Assembly (NCBI RefSeq): GCF_009914755.1
Contig: NC_060925.1
Direction: 5' to 3' (one strand)
DNA from: the human T2T-CHM13v2.0 reference genome, Homo sapiens
DNA length: 64,000 nucleotides
In this document: in pieces, positions 15,930 to 33,156 of the stretch
Position numbering within the stretch: the stretch's first letter is position 1
Layout of the letters: every line of letters starts with the position of its first letter
Program-made: the position numbers and the translations under genes
Notes under the pieces: model-generated
What the model saw: only the letters and a program-made list of their open reading frames with translations
What the model was told of the DNA's origin: nothing
The model's database searches: none

Positions 15930-16309
15930 AATTGTATTTATTGTATACATGAAAACATAATAGGCACAGTATTAAAAAAATATAATCAATATACTGTTTA
16001 AAAATAAGTTTATCCTATATTTTCCAACTATGCAGATATTCTATTTCTAGATCATGGTGGCAGTTACATGTGTGTAGGTGTATGCATGTAAATAAATTCA
16101 TAAAGCTGTGCATTATATGTTATACTGCAATATATGTGCACACACACATACAATAATGAACAAAATATTTATTAACATTTAATATGAAAAGTTATCTTTT
16201 ATGAATAGGGTAAGGTAAAATCATATTCTTCTTCATTGTTATTATATTGTTTACATTACAAACTTTACAAAATAATCCATCACTTAAGGGATTTTGCGTT
16301 TTATTGTGT

Positions 16310-16554
<245 letters not shown>

Positions 16555-16839
16555 TACACTTTATTTTTTAATTAACAGCACTGATAACCATATTCACTGA
16601 TTTGTGAAGCCTCTCACTAGGATTCTTAGAGACTAAGCGCCATCAATGACCAATATAAAGAATTCTTAAAATATCTCATGCTACCTTAAAAAGAAATTTG
16701 TCTCTAAACTCACATTGCTGAACAACAGCTGTTTTCTATCGGTTGCACAAGCAATGACAATGTAAAAAGTGCTAAGAGTAGTTTGGGTTTGTGTGTAAAA
16801 TGGAATTAGGTCCTAGGCTGAATAATTATAAACATATTT

Positions 16840-17022
16840 TAACAAATGAATGTCTAGTGAGATATCCTAAAGTTGTGCTGGACATATGAGACATCTAGTA
16901 TGCCTGGCCCCTGACTACAAAGTGCCAGCTACACTTTCCCATTAATATGGCAACCAAAAACTTTCTTTCACTTTTTCAAAGGGTCCACTAGAGGGCAGTA
17001 CTAACCCCAGTGAGAACCCTGG
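16840..17022. mobile_element. MER20-family hAT fragment
   Basis: …CCTGGCCCCTGACTACAAAGTGCCAG…CAACCAAAAA…CCCAGTGAGAACCCTG resembles the MER20/MER20B end. Confidence 0.55.
16982..17000 (+). promoter_or_regulatory. CTCF motif (forward) inside a MER20-family element
   Basis: GGTCCACTAGAGGGCAGTA matches the CCASYAGRKGGCRS core exactly. Confidence 0.6.
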
Positions 17023-17625
17023 CATTCTCATTTAGCTTCCAGAACTCCCTTGGGAACAGGAAACACATTCTTTTAATCTCAGAATCCCTAATGTTGAACA
17101 GAGTGCCTAACGTGTACAGTAGGTGTTCAGTAGTCATGATGGACCAAGGCTATGATAGAGGGTGCCATGGAGGCACAAAGGAGGGTGAGATCAATCTAAC
17201 AAGGGAACCGAAGGGAGAGGGAAATCTTCACAGGTGATGTAAGAAAGTTGCCTTAATAGAGGATTTGGGGCTAGGTGAGCTGGGAGGAGGTGGGTGGTAG
17301 AGGATGTGATACATCAAAGACAAGAGAATAAATCAAGAAAGAGTAGAAAACAGGAACCAGGAAACACGATTTAAAACATGAGAGAAGGAAGGGAAATTCC
17401 CAGGACGATGATGAAAGGAACAGGCAGGATGAAAATTTTGCACCAGGCCTAGACAGCAGCCAGTCCAGACTGGAATAGGAGGACAGAAGGTTCCCAGAGA
17501 AGTATCTCCGAGGAAAAGATAAAGTTTAAAAATGGATCTGAGAGATAACCTTAAGTGTTTGCCATATTGAGATGAATTTTACAGTTCTGTTAGACACAAC
17601 AGAAAACAAAGCAAACAGAAAAATA

Positions 17626-17962
<337 letters not shown>

Positions 17963-20900
17963 TCAAGAAAGAATATACTCGTAGTAATAATTATCTGACT
18001 CAGGAACAAAATAATAATTACCTGACTCAGATTGAAGAACACTTACATAGTCATAAAAATACAAATATGAAATACTATTGATTTTTTTTACAAGAATGAA
18101 AGATTAAAAGTGAAGCTACTGAGTATAGATTATTCATTTGAGAAACTTAGTTATAAAAGGAAGAAGGGTACAAGGAAGAAAAACACAATGGCATGAAAAC
18201 TTTCCCTACCTGTTCCATGGACAGCCCATTCCTATAGTAGTATGGGCTGACATACATTCTCAATCAATCTTATGCAATTTTAGCAACCCTGGGAGGCAAG
18301 TGGGTTTCATCAGCCTCCTTTTGTAGGTAAAGAAACAGAAGCTGAGAAATGTATCTAGACTTGAATAAGAACTCACATCTCCCTCCTAGAATCCAAAGCA
18401 CACACTCTTCTACATTCTATAACTTTCCAAAATACTGCTTTGTCAGGAATTATACTGTCCTCATAAGAATATAAGTTAACTAATGGTAAAAAGTTAGCTT
18501 CAACATAATGAAAATCTCTTGAAATAATTGTGCCTGGTAAAGAACTAAAACATTAAAACTCTAGAACAATTATAGAATTAAATGTTTAAACTATTAACTT
18601 TATGGTACCTTTTTTTCTTTTTAAATGAATTAAGTCCTTTACATTTAAAACTAAGTAGCACCAATAATTAATAAAACCATTTTTTTTAAAGACAAAAGAA
18701 GGAAAACACAACTAAAAATGGTCACTAAATATATGAATATATTATCTGTAAATGCATGAAAAAGGCATTTTTCCAACAATATCTGCTTAGGAAATTTCAA
18801 AATATATATACTTTTCACTCCCTCACTCAAGATTATTCTAAATGAATTTTTTCACATTTTGCAACTAGTAAGATCATACAATACTCCTGATATACAAGTA
18901 TGTGACTTAAGACTGTCTCACATGCAGATGGCTGGTCCATGCCACACAGGAGATGGGATGGGCTTTCTCGAGGACCATTCTCAATGTCTTCTCTCTAGAA
19001 CCTCGTGACACCACTACTTACCCTTCTCACCACCAACAATGGTGTTAAAGGAGCCAAACTATTCCATATAAAATCCTACTTAAATGTCATATAGTGGAAC
19101 TAATATGCATCTGAAATATGATTTTCCTAATTTTTTCATCATAAATGTATAGTATTTCAGCTACATTATAGATTAAGGTTTAATAAGCCTGTAAAGGGTT
19201 GCCTAGAAACATATTTATTTATTTATTTATACATTTTTTTCCCAGTGGGAAGTGTATTTCAAATTCCAAAACTCAGACTTACATGAATTTTTAAAGTGTA
19301 ACTATTTGTGAGTGGCTACCTGTAAATATTGTGACAGTGGCTTAAGCAAGACAGCATTATTAGGAAAGAAGCGGAACTGCCTCTGAGTCCTCTGCCTGTA
19401 GGGTCAGCAAAAGAACTGGAAGTATCATTAAGTTTACCATACAGAAACTTAAAATAGCTCCTTGCCATCGCTACATGTTTAGCGAAGGACAGGGAAAAAA
19501 GGGATCTTCAGTTAATTTCAAAGAACTTTTAAAAAAAGGCAATATGGAAGCAATTATTCATTACAACAGGATTATAAAAGGTTGTAAATGTCAAATGAGA
19601 CCACATCTTATTGGTGGACAGCTCATCAGTAGATTGCTATAAGGATATTTTTAAAAAGAGTTTGCTCTTAAAAATGTGGAAGTTAGGCATCCTTGAGAAC
19701 ACTGCCTTCCCTAGTCACTTGCTTTCTAAAACACAGGGAAATGAAAAAGTGGAAATGAAAGATTGAGTAATCAACCTAGTTTTGCTTTCAGGTCACTGTA
19801 CTGACTAAACTAGGAAACATGAACTTCCAAAAGCCTGCCCAAATTCAGAAATTCAGCAAAAAAAAAAAAAAGCACTAAGTGAGTACTTCCTTTCTATTTC
19901 CAATGTATTTTATGAATATAAACAAGCAATCACGCACAGCATCAGATGTGTGGCTTCTACTGGTTTCTAAAGAGGTAATTAAGCCATTAGAACCAAGAAT
20001 TAGAAAGCAGCATCCCTGGTGAAAATGAAACCAAAAACACAGCAGTGATTTGTGATTTTCTGAAAGATAACCCTTTGCTACAATTTATAGAGATGTGTTG
20101 AACCCATTTGCTCAGTAGATGAAATCCTCTGCAGCACACCTTCCCACCTACACCTCACCACCTCCTTCAGTACCATGTTGCACCTCTCTTAAGGCACACT
20201 TTCAAACTCCTGACCCTCGCTCGTTATTATCTGGCCTCAGCCAAGTTTTTGACATTGTCTTGCAATGCTTCTTCCCTCTATTACTCACTTCACTACAGCC
20301 TCTCTGGTCTTTTGTTCCATGAATACTCAAGCTCATTCTTGATTTAAGAACTTTATTCTAGCTCTTCCCTCTGCTTGACAGCTCTTTTTCTTGATCATCA
20401 CCAGATAAATTCCTTCCTGTTACTACCTCAGAAAAGTGTTTCCCCATCACCTAAACACACCACCCTAAAGCACTGATGTCACTTATTTATTTTTATATTT
20501 ATTACTTTTCTTCTCCCACTAAAATATAAACTCTATAGAGTAAGAACTTTGTGCTGCTCACTAATATTACATCTGCCACATTGAGAACAGTTCTGTCATA
20601 CTGTAGCCATTCAATATATACAACTGAATGGACCAATGAGTAACAGTCACTCATGATGTATTTATTGGGCATGCTGCTATATGCTGGCTATATATAATGT
20701 AAATATAATATTAAAAAACTCATGGAGCTTTCAGTTTTGTGAGAGAGCATAAACAAGAAAATAAACACAAATACTTATAAGCTGTAACAAGTACTATTAA
20801 GGAAATAAACAGGTGTCATGATAAACAACTGGGGAGAGTATTTTAATGAGGGTGGTTAGGTAAGATCTCTCTGAGGAGGTAACATTTAAATGAGAAAAGA

Positions 20901-21463
20901 GAACTGGGAAGATGTCAAACTTGGGCAAGGGGGCATGCATGTGTGACAGTGAGGCACTTTCAAAGAACTGAAAGACTGGCAGCAAACAGGAAAGTGCCTG
21001 AAATAAATCTGGAGAGGTAGGTAGGGGCCAGATCACCTAAGGGAATGCTAAAAGTCTAGAGTTTAGGATTTTAAGCAGAGGACTGAAAACTGATTTGCAT
21101 TTTTAAAAGTATCCTAAGACTTCCTAGTCAAGTTGATTTCAGTAGTGCATAAAACTCCCTTCCTATGTCCAAAAGCATCAGTGAATATAGAAAATTAAAA
21201 TGACATATCCTAAAGCATATACAAAATAAAACATTTCAATGAACCAGAAAAAAAGGAGAAGAGAAAAAGCTGCAAGTCAGGCTAAAGCTGCAGGCCTACC
21301 GGTAAGCAGAAGTAGCCAGGAATTGGCCTCCTGCAAGATAAAAGGTGTTCGAAGTGCTCCAGAAGAACAGGAAACGAAGAGACAGCTTCACTGTTTGAAA
21401 CCGAGGGCTGAGACAGAGTTTACCCACCCTGAAAAGGTGGCTGAAAAAAACTGCCACTAACCA

Positions 21464-21752
21464 GCCCGGCGCGGTGGCTCACACCTGTAATCCCAGCACT
21501 TAAGGAGGCTGAGATGGGTGGATCACGTGAGGTCAGGAGTTGGAGACTAGCCTGGCCAACATGGTGAAACCCCGCCTCTACTAAAAATACAAAAATTATC
21601 CGGGCGTGGTGGTGGGCACCTGTAATCCCAGCTACTCAGGAGGATGAGGCAGGAGAATCACTTGAACCCAGGAGGCAGAGGTTGCAGTGAGCAACCATTA
21701 CATTCCAGCCTGGGCAACAAGAGTAAAATTCTGTCTCAAAAAAAAAAAAAAA
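21464..21752 (+). mobile_element. Alu (AluS-like)
   Basis: Dimeric Alu with A-tail. Confidence 0.93.
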
Positions 21753-23016
21753 ACCAACTCAAAAGACAAAACTGCTCCTAACTGCTGCCAGGAAGCAAAG
21801 CTTACTTAAAGCTAAACCAGAAATGATGGGAAGCAGATAATGCCTCCAAGCCTGGGCCTGGACCAATCTCCAGTGTCACACTGGGACAGAGGCCCTCTGT
21901 TGCCAGTGTTAAGATATGGCTCCAGCCTGGGATTGTTTGGGGCCAGATGGAAGGCAACCAAACCTACTAGACAGAGGGAGTGAAAGCAGTGGTAGACAGA
22001 TATGCACATGAAAAATTCTAGTCAAGAAGCACTTGCAAATCAAAAGTCTAAAATACATGAAGAAATTAAAACCATGAAAGACAGCCAGTATAACCAATGT
22101 CAGGGAGAGGAATTTACTGCAGATGAAATGAAAATAGAGCAATATAAAAATGACTTTAAAATGCTACACAGCTCCAATAGCTAAAGAAAATCATAAGACA
22201 TTGCAAAAGAAAAATAGGTTATAAAATAAAAACATAAAATACAAAAATAGAAGAAATGAGAAAGAAGCAAAGTTGAAGGATTAGGTTAAAGATTTTCTAG
22301 AATATAGGAGTCCTCAGATAAAAGTATATATGGAGATGTTAATGGAAGATGGGAGAAAAGAGGAATCTAGCAAAACCAAATAATCTCTCACAAAAAACAA
22401 AAATACATATATAATATTATTTAAATAAAATTGTCTCTGTGTATATAAGCAAGAAAAAAATTACCAATAAAAACCATGGAGTTGAACTATGTTACATGTT
22501 GAGTGAAAAAAGAAAAACAATGACAGAATAAAATGCATTATGTAATATTTATATAAACAACTAAAAAAACCCCTGTGTCTACCTATGTGCATACAAATGC
22601 ATTGATAAAGATCTAAAATTAGACACAGCAAACTGATAATAGTTGCCTATTTGAAGATGTGTGGGATGTGACAGATTGGGAGGCGAAGTTATGGTATATT
22701 TCATATAAATATGAATATGTATATATTTTCATATATATCTATATGTAATTATTAAAAATTTTACATTAAGCTTGCATTTATTAAAAGCACAAGAAATACA
22801 ATTTAAAAGATAACCACAATTTAAAACAATAAGGTTAGAGCTACGGCAGTCGAATGGAGGATGTCTACCATAAACTTAAGCTAGGAAATTGCAGATAATT
22901 TGAACACATGAATAAATTTTCTGTAAATTATGCCCCCAAAATGTCCAGTGCATATTTATTCCTGTAACAATTATATAAGCACAGAAAAAAGGATAAATGA
23001 ATTCATACCAGGTTAA

Positions 23017-23377
<361 letters not shown>

Positions 23378-23483
23378 GACTTTGGTTTTTAAAAGGGACA
23401 ATGTAATATGTAATTCAATCCTATTTATATAAAATTATGTATTGTTTGCAAAAATATAAATATTTATTGAGTGTACCATGTCA

Positions 23484-23843
<360 letters not shown>

Positions 23844-24376
23844 TCACAGGGAGCTTACAATACTGTGGGGAGGGAAGAGGAAAATAAGGAGAAATTATAT
23901 AATATCTGTAAGTGGCAGAGAAAAATAAAGCAGGTTAAAGGGATACAGTATGATCAAGGGAGTCATAAGAGAATCTGACACAGGTTGTAAGGTGTATCAG
24001 ATGAAGTGACACTTTGAACAGAGAGCTGAATGAAGTGCAAGAGTCAGGCAGGTAGTTTCGGAGAGCAGTTTCAAATACAGGGAGTTGCGAGTATGAAAGT
24101 CGTAGGGCCAGTGTGTTCTTGGTATGTCCTGAAATAGCAAGAATATTAGTGTTAGTGGAGCACAGTAAGCGAGGGTGAGATGGTAAGTGAACACTGTCAG
24201 AGATGAGATCAGAGAAGCAGCCGGGGACCATATCATTGAGGGCCTCTTAGACCAAAGGAATTATAATGGGGAGCCACTGGAGGGCCTTCAACAGGGAGTG
24301 ACATAATCTGATTATGCTTTAAAAGAAATTGTTTGGATGCTGTGTGAAAAGTAGAACTGGATGGAAGGAGACCAGG

Positions 24377-24796
24377 GTGTTAGTCTGTTTTATTACTATA
24401 AAGGAATATGTAAGACTGGGTAATTTATAAAGAAAAGAGGTTTAATTGGCTCACAGTTCGGCAGGCTGTACAAGCATAGCACCAACATTTGCTCAGCTTC
24501 TGGTAGGGCCTCAGTGAGCTTTCAATCATGATGGAAGCCAAAGGAGGAACGGTACATCCATGGCAAGAGATGGAGCAAGGATGTGGATGTGGGGAGGTGC
24601 CACAGTCTTTAAAACAACCAGCTCTCAGGTGAATTCAGAGGGAGAGCTCACTCATTACCACAAGGAGGGCACCAAGCCACGGATGAGGGATCTGCCCCCA
24701 AGACCCAGACACCTTGCACTAGGTCCATCTACAACATTGAAGGTCCCATTTCAACCATGAGATTTAGAAGGAACAAAACATCCAAACCATATTAAT
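24377..24796 (-). mobile_element. MSTB-like solo LTR
   Basis: Reverse-strand MST pattern (…CTGGGTAATTTATAAAGAAAAGAGGTTTAATTGGCTCACAG…TCCAAACCATA). Confidence 0.8.
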
Positions 24797-25299
24797 CAGT
24801 GAGAAAGCTATTATAGTGGTCCTAAGCGAATATGGTGACATGGATAAGAGCAGGAGAGACAGATTTGGTTGGTAAGCAGCAGGATTTGAAATATGTTTCC
24901 AAGGTAAAGGCAGCAGGATCTACTGATGGACTGAGGATGTACAGGCATCATGCAATATATCATAATACTGGTTACTGGTCATAAACATGCTAATAGTGTT
25001 TATCTCTGGGCATATGATTTCATGTGATTTAAACTTGTTTCTTATGCTTCTAACATTTTTGGAATGTGCATGTATTGTTCATACAAGCCAGAAAAAGCAA
25101 TAATATTATTTTCAGTGTGAAATAAATCAGAAAATGTACATATCAAACACCATACTAGAAAATAAACATCTAGCTATACTGTGGTAAACTTCAGAGCATT
25201 AAGAATATAGAGAAAATCCGAAAAGTCAGAAGAGAAAGAACAATATCTATAAAGGAATGGTAATCAGATTCTCAAGACACTGCTCATCAACAATGAATG

Positions 25300-26224
25300 T
25301 CAGGCATCCAGATTAGAAAGAAAAGAAGTAAAATATCTGTTTGCAGATGACATGATCTTTTATATATAAAATCCTTTAAAACATCCATTAAACAACTATT
25401 AGAACTAATAAATGAGTTTAACATGGTTGTAAGATACAAGATTAATATACAAAAATTAATTCTATCTCTACACAGTAGCAAAGAAGAAACCAAAAATAAA
25501 ATTTAAAAATAATTCAATTTACAAGGGCATCAAAAGAATAAAGTATTTAGGAATAAGTTTCACAAAAGAAGTGCTAAAAGCTGGAAAACACTGTTGAAAT
25601 AAATCAATTTCCAGATGGAAAGCCATCCATTATTCAGGGATCAGAAAACTTAACATTAAGATAGCATTACTCTCAAAGTGATCTACAATTTCAACACAAT
25701 TCCTACCAAAATCCCAGCTGACTTCTTGACAGAAATTGACTGACTGATCCCAAAATTCATATGGAATTTGAATGTAAGGGATCAGAAGAGCCAAAACAAC
25801 CTTGAAAAAGAAGAACAAGGTTGGAAGACTCATACTTTCTGATTTCAAAATTTCTTACAAAGCTATAATAATCAAGACAGTGTAGTAGTGGCCTAAGGAC
25901 AGACAAAGATCAATGAAACAGAATTGAGAGTTCAGAAAGAAATCTACATATTACAGTCAACTGATTTCTGACACAGATTCCAACACCATTCAAGCATTTT
26001 CAACAAATGGTGCTTAAAACAACTGGATATATACATACAAAAGAATGAAGGTGGAAAACTCTTAGGAGAAAGGCAAGCATAAATCTTTATACTTTTATAT
26101 TAGACAACAGTTTCTAAAATATAAAACTAAAACCAAAGCAACCAAAGGAAAAAAAAATAGGTAAATTAGATTTTGCCAAATTTAAAATTTCTGTGCTTCA
26201 AAGAACATCATCAAGAAAGTGAGA
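25300..26224 (+). mobile_element. Old L1M (L1MB-like) ORF2 fragment, left part
   Basis: Degenerate ORF2 3' sequence that resumes at ~41379. Confidence 0.8.
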
Positions 26225-28235
26225 TGGGGAGGGGGCTTCAAGATGGCTGACTAGGGGCACCTGGCACCTGCCTCCTCCACAAAGAAGGACTAAACAGTGG
26301 GTAGATAATCACATGTCAAAGACAGCATCCAAGAAAAAACAGTGGAATTCAGCAGAACAGTGACAGGGAACAACTGAGGCATGGGAAGAAAGGGAAGCAG
26401 GGAAAATGTAAATGAGAGATCCCACATTTCTACTGCAGAATCCTGCAGTACTAACCACAGGAGAGCCCCTTGGCCCCTGCAGGCCCTAAGACTAGTATAG
26501 GGAGCTGTCTGGAGTCCATACAACATTAATTCCAGAGAGATAGCACTGGGTACCTCACATACCCCCAAGGCCCAAGACACCGCAGCATAGCACCATTTTG
26601 AGAATTCAACCCCCACCAGACTGTATCCTTCCCTAGGGCCCAAAAGCCCCTACATCTCCACATCCCTGGAGCCTTGCTGACATCCCCACTGCATCCACCT
26701 GGAGAGCTGCAGTGGCACAACACTGACTGAACCCAATAGTAAAACCAGGTCCCCGGCACTCTAGCCTACACAGTGTCCTACACCCCAAGGAACCAGCAGT
26801 GCAGTGCACCAGGGAGGCTGCCCGTGGGACAGAGGGAGCTGAAGCGCACACTCCTCAGAGCCTGAGAGCCATTTCCCTGGGGCCACCCAGCAGCAAGGCT
26901 ACTGCGCACTGGCATGTGCCTTTAGTGTGCCTAGGGACAGGCCCACCCAGATGCTGTCCTGGGATCCTGATAATCACCCTGCCCTATCTGTCATGGTGGG
27001 TGTGTGAGCACATCAAGACAACAGACCACCAAGACAACAGACCATCGCCAGTGCCCAATCATACTGTCCAGGGCCTGGGGATTGACCTGCCCCGCCAGCT
27101 GCTTCTGGGGCACACACACACACACACCATAAGGGAGCTTAACAGCAGGTCCAGCCTGTGGGCCACTGGTACCTGAGCACACTAACCAAGGGCAAAGGGA
27201 TAGCCCTGCCCTGCCCACCACAACTTTAGGCACACCATCAGGAGGCTAAGATCAGGCCCACCCTGCTCTGCACCACTCTACCACACCAGTGTCTGAGAGC
27301 GCCATCTAGGGGCCCAGGAATAGCCTCATTCTGTCTGTTGCTGTGGGCAGGTGCACACACTCAGCCATCAAGGGGCCTGATAACAGGCCCAGCCAACATA
27401 CTGCGGGTGCCTGAGCATACCGTTTGAGGTCCTGAGGTTCACCCCACTGGCCACTACTGCCGGCATCCACACACTCCTCCCCAGGGCTTGAGGACGGGCC
27501 TGACTAGCCTATCATCACCACCACCATCACCGCCAGGACCCCCCTAAATGTGCTCTGGGGGGACTGGCCAGCCCAGTCCATTGCCACCACCACTGCCGCC
27601 TGTGCTTGCTGCCTGGGGGCCTGACGGTTGACCCGCCACTGCTACTGCCATCACCAACACCACGCATACTGCCCAGGGACTCATGAAACCACCTGCCTGC
27701 CCATCCCATTGCTGTCACTGCTGGTACCTGAGCAAGCCACCTGGAGGCCCAAGAATTGGTCTGCCTGGACCTGATAACACTAGTATCTGTGTACACTGCC
27801 AAGGGAACCAAAAATGGATGTATTTGGCATGCCATCACCACCAGTGGGGCCCAAGAACAGGCCTGCCTGGAGTCCCCATCCCAAGTAAAGACCTATCATA
27901 CCCTCTAGTACCAACCATAGCGTAAGTCACTAAGGAACTCACAAACATCACTGACACTGATTACACCCAAAGAAATCATGCAGAGACTATACTATTGCAC
28001 ACACCCGGAATCAAAGCTAAAGCACCCTACCCAATCAATATTATAGATACAACTACAGGCAAAAGTCTTTTCCTATGAAAGCCAATCTAAAAATCTGAAA
28101 GAAGTAACTGTTTCACCAAATGTGCAGGTATCAACTTAAAGACATAAGAAACATGAAAAAGCAAGGAAACATGACACTTCCAAAACAACTATGATAATTC
28201 TCCAGCAAAAGATTCCAGTGAAAAAGAAATCTATA

Positions 28236-28618
28236 GGACAGGCATTGTGGCTCACCCCTGTAATCCTAGCATTTTGGGAGGCTAAGGTGTGTGCATCACC
28301 TGAACCTTGGAGTTCGAGACCAGCCTGGGCAACGTGGCGAAACCTCCTCTCCACAAAAATTACAAAAAATTATTAGGGAGGAGGATCGCCTGAACCCAGG
28401 AGTTTGGGGCCAGCCTTAGCAACACGGCAAAACCTTGCCTTTACAAAAAACACAAAAATAGCTGGGTTTGGTGGCAGATGCCTGTCGTCCCAGCTACTTG
28501 GGAGGCGGAGGTGGAAGAATTGCTTGAGCTCAGGAAGGCTGCAGTGAGCTGTGACTGTGCCACTGCACTCCAGCCTGGGACCCTGTCTGAAAAAATAAAA
28601 TATAAAAAATAAAAGAAA
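28236..28618 (+). mobile_element. Alu monomer plus AluJ-like element in tandem
   Basis: Left monomer followed by a second, 5'-truncated dimer. Confidence 0.85.
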
Positions 28619-28843
28619 ACATGAAATACCTGAAAAATAATTCAAACTACTGATATTAAAGAAGCTCAGTGAGATCCAAGAGAACACAGACAAACACAAG
28701 GACATAAGAAAAACAATTCATGATCTGAATGAGAAATTTAACAAAGAGATATCATTTTAAAAAATCAAACAGAAATCCTGCATCTGAAGAGTTCTATGAA
28801 TGAAATAAAAAATACAATTGAGAGCTTCAGAAACAGACTAGAT

Positions 28844-29396
<553 letters not shown>

Positions 29397-31398
29397 TTAT
29401 TTACTTTCCAAGATGACAGATAAGAGTCAGTGTTAGCATGCCTCTCCCACTTGGAAGGAAAGAATAGTGGCTAGAGAGTCACACTGTGAATTTTCTTTTT
29501 TCCAAGAACCACCACAGGAAGATGGAAGGAATCCACAAACCCTCTGAAAGAAGCAGCAGGCTGGAGCCTACTGCATGAGACAGGTGAAAAACTAAGTTCC
29601 CAGAGTGTAAGCAGGGGAATGAGCCTGTCTCGGAGCACACATCCCCACCTGCAAGTCTGAAAATCCAGACCATGGGAGAAAGCCTTAACCCTACCGAGAG
29701 CTGGAATGGATTTAGTCTATGTGAAATACAAAAGTAGACGCAGCAGCATGAAGTGCCTTGTAGGCATTCCCAGTCTCCAGCATGAACAGAGGCAAGCCAT
29801 TCCTGACTGCATCTCATAGGGGCCCTCGAAGAAGCAGTCAATGAGTTCAGGGAGGGGTCATAGGGTGAAAGAAGCTCCCAGATGAATTTTGCGATATAAT
29901 CTTGAGTAGGGATGAGCTCTCCTGAACAGAACCCACAGGGTGAGTGTAAAGTGTGCTACAGACATGAGCAGAGGAGCTGGGCGTCCGGCCTTATGGGCAT
30001 ATGGAGAAAGGCATGGTTATGGCCTTGGGCAGGTCTGAGTTCCGTGCGCAGACTGCCTGGAACTAAATCCAGTAAGCGAAGCACTGTGGGAGTGAGACCA
30101 GCGTCGCCAACTGTGAAAGAGCTGGGTGAGGCTCATTGTTGCCCACTACTCTCCACTCCCTTTGGGAACTCTTCTATGCAGCAGATGCAGTTAACTACCC
30201 TCTGGAACATTATCCCAGGAGCCTGAGGTCTCAAAGAAGTTCTGAAAGAAGTTCTGAATCTTGAAACAAAAGCTCTGAAATGCACCTATATAGAACCTCC
30301 TGAAAGCATAAATCTCACAGGGCCTAAAAAACAACAACAGAATGAAAAAAAAACAAAGTATCTAAGTAACAACTAACATGATGAATAGAACAGTACCTAA
30401 CATTTCAATATTAACGTTGAATGTAAATGGCCTAAATGTTCCACTTAAAAGATACAGAATGACAGAATGGATAAAAAACCACCAAGTATCTGCTGTCATC
30501 AAGAGACTCACCTAACATATAAGGACTCATAAAAATTTAAGGTAAAGGGGTGGAAAAAGACATTCCATATAAATGGAAACCAAAAGCGAGCAGTAGTTAT
30601 TCTTATATCAGACAAAACAGACTTTAAAGCAACAACAGTAAAAAAGACAAAGAAGGATGTTATACAATGATAAAAGGATTAGCCCAACATAAGGATACTA
30701 TAATCCTAAATTTATATGCAACTAACACTGGAGCTCCCAGATTTATAAAACAATTACTATTAGATCTAAGAAATGAGACTGGCAACAACACAATAATAGT
30801 GTGGGACTTCAATACTCCACTGACAGCACTAGAAAGATCAAGACAAAAAGTCAACAAAGAAACAACAAACTTAAACTATATCCTAGAACAAATGAACTTA
30901 ACAGGTGTTTACACAACATTCTTCCCAACAACTGCAGAATATACATTCTCCTCATCAGCACATGGAACAGTCTCCAAGATAGGTGATATGATGGGCCACA
31001 AAATAAGTCTCAATAAATTTAAGAAAATCAAAATCCTATCAAGTATCTTCTCAGACCACAGTGGAATAAAGCTGGAAATCAACTATAAAAGGAACTCTCA
31101 AAATTATACAAATACATGGAAATTAAATAATCTGCTCTTGTATAATTTTTGGGTTAACAATGAAATCAATATGTAAATTTAAAAATTCTTTGAAATGAAT
31201 AATAGTGACACAACTTATCAAAACCTCTGGGATACAGCAAAAGCAGTGCTAAGAGGAAAGTTCACAGTGTTAAATGTCTACATCAAAAACCCTGAAATAG
31301 CACAGACAATTTAATGTCACATCACAAAGAAATAGAGAAACAAGAACAAACTAAACCCAAACCCAGGAGAAGAAGTAACAAAGATCAGAGCAGAATTA

Positions 31399-31939
<541 letters not shown>

Positions 31940-32506
31940 CTACAAAATCTAGAGGAGGTAGATAAGTTCCTGGAAATATATAACCCTTCTAGATTAAATC
32001 AGGAAGAAATAGAAACCCTGAACAGACCAATAACAAGCAGTGAGACTGAATCAGCAATTTTTTAAATTGCCAACAAAAAAAAGTCCAGGACCAGGTGGAT
32101 TCACAGCTGAATTCTATCAGACATTCAAAGAAGAATTATTACCAATCCTACTAAAATTATTCCAAAAGACAGAAAAAGAGGAAATCCTCCCTAAATCATT
32201 CCATGAGGCCAGTATTACCCTAATACCAAAACTAGGAAAGGACATAACAAAAAAAGAAAACTACAGACCAATATCCTGATGAACATAGATGCAAAAATCC
32301 TCAATAAAATACTAGCTAACCAAATCCAACAGCATGTCAAAAAGATAATACATCATGATCAAGTGGGTTTCAAACTAGGGATGCAGGGATGGTTTAACAT
32401 ATGCAAGTCAATAAACATGCTACATAACAGAAACAGAATTAAAAACAAAAACCATATGATCATCTCAACAGAGATGGAAAAAGCATATGGTAAAATCCAG
32501 CATCTC

Positions 32507-33135
<629 letters not shown>

Positions 33136-33156
33136 CTAGGCAAAGAAGAGACTTAC

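Noticed and set aside
26290-27925. GC-rich block with several ORFs resembling a gene or CpG island
   Set aside because: It is the decayed, CpG-depleted 5'UTR of the L1MA element
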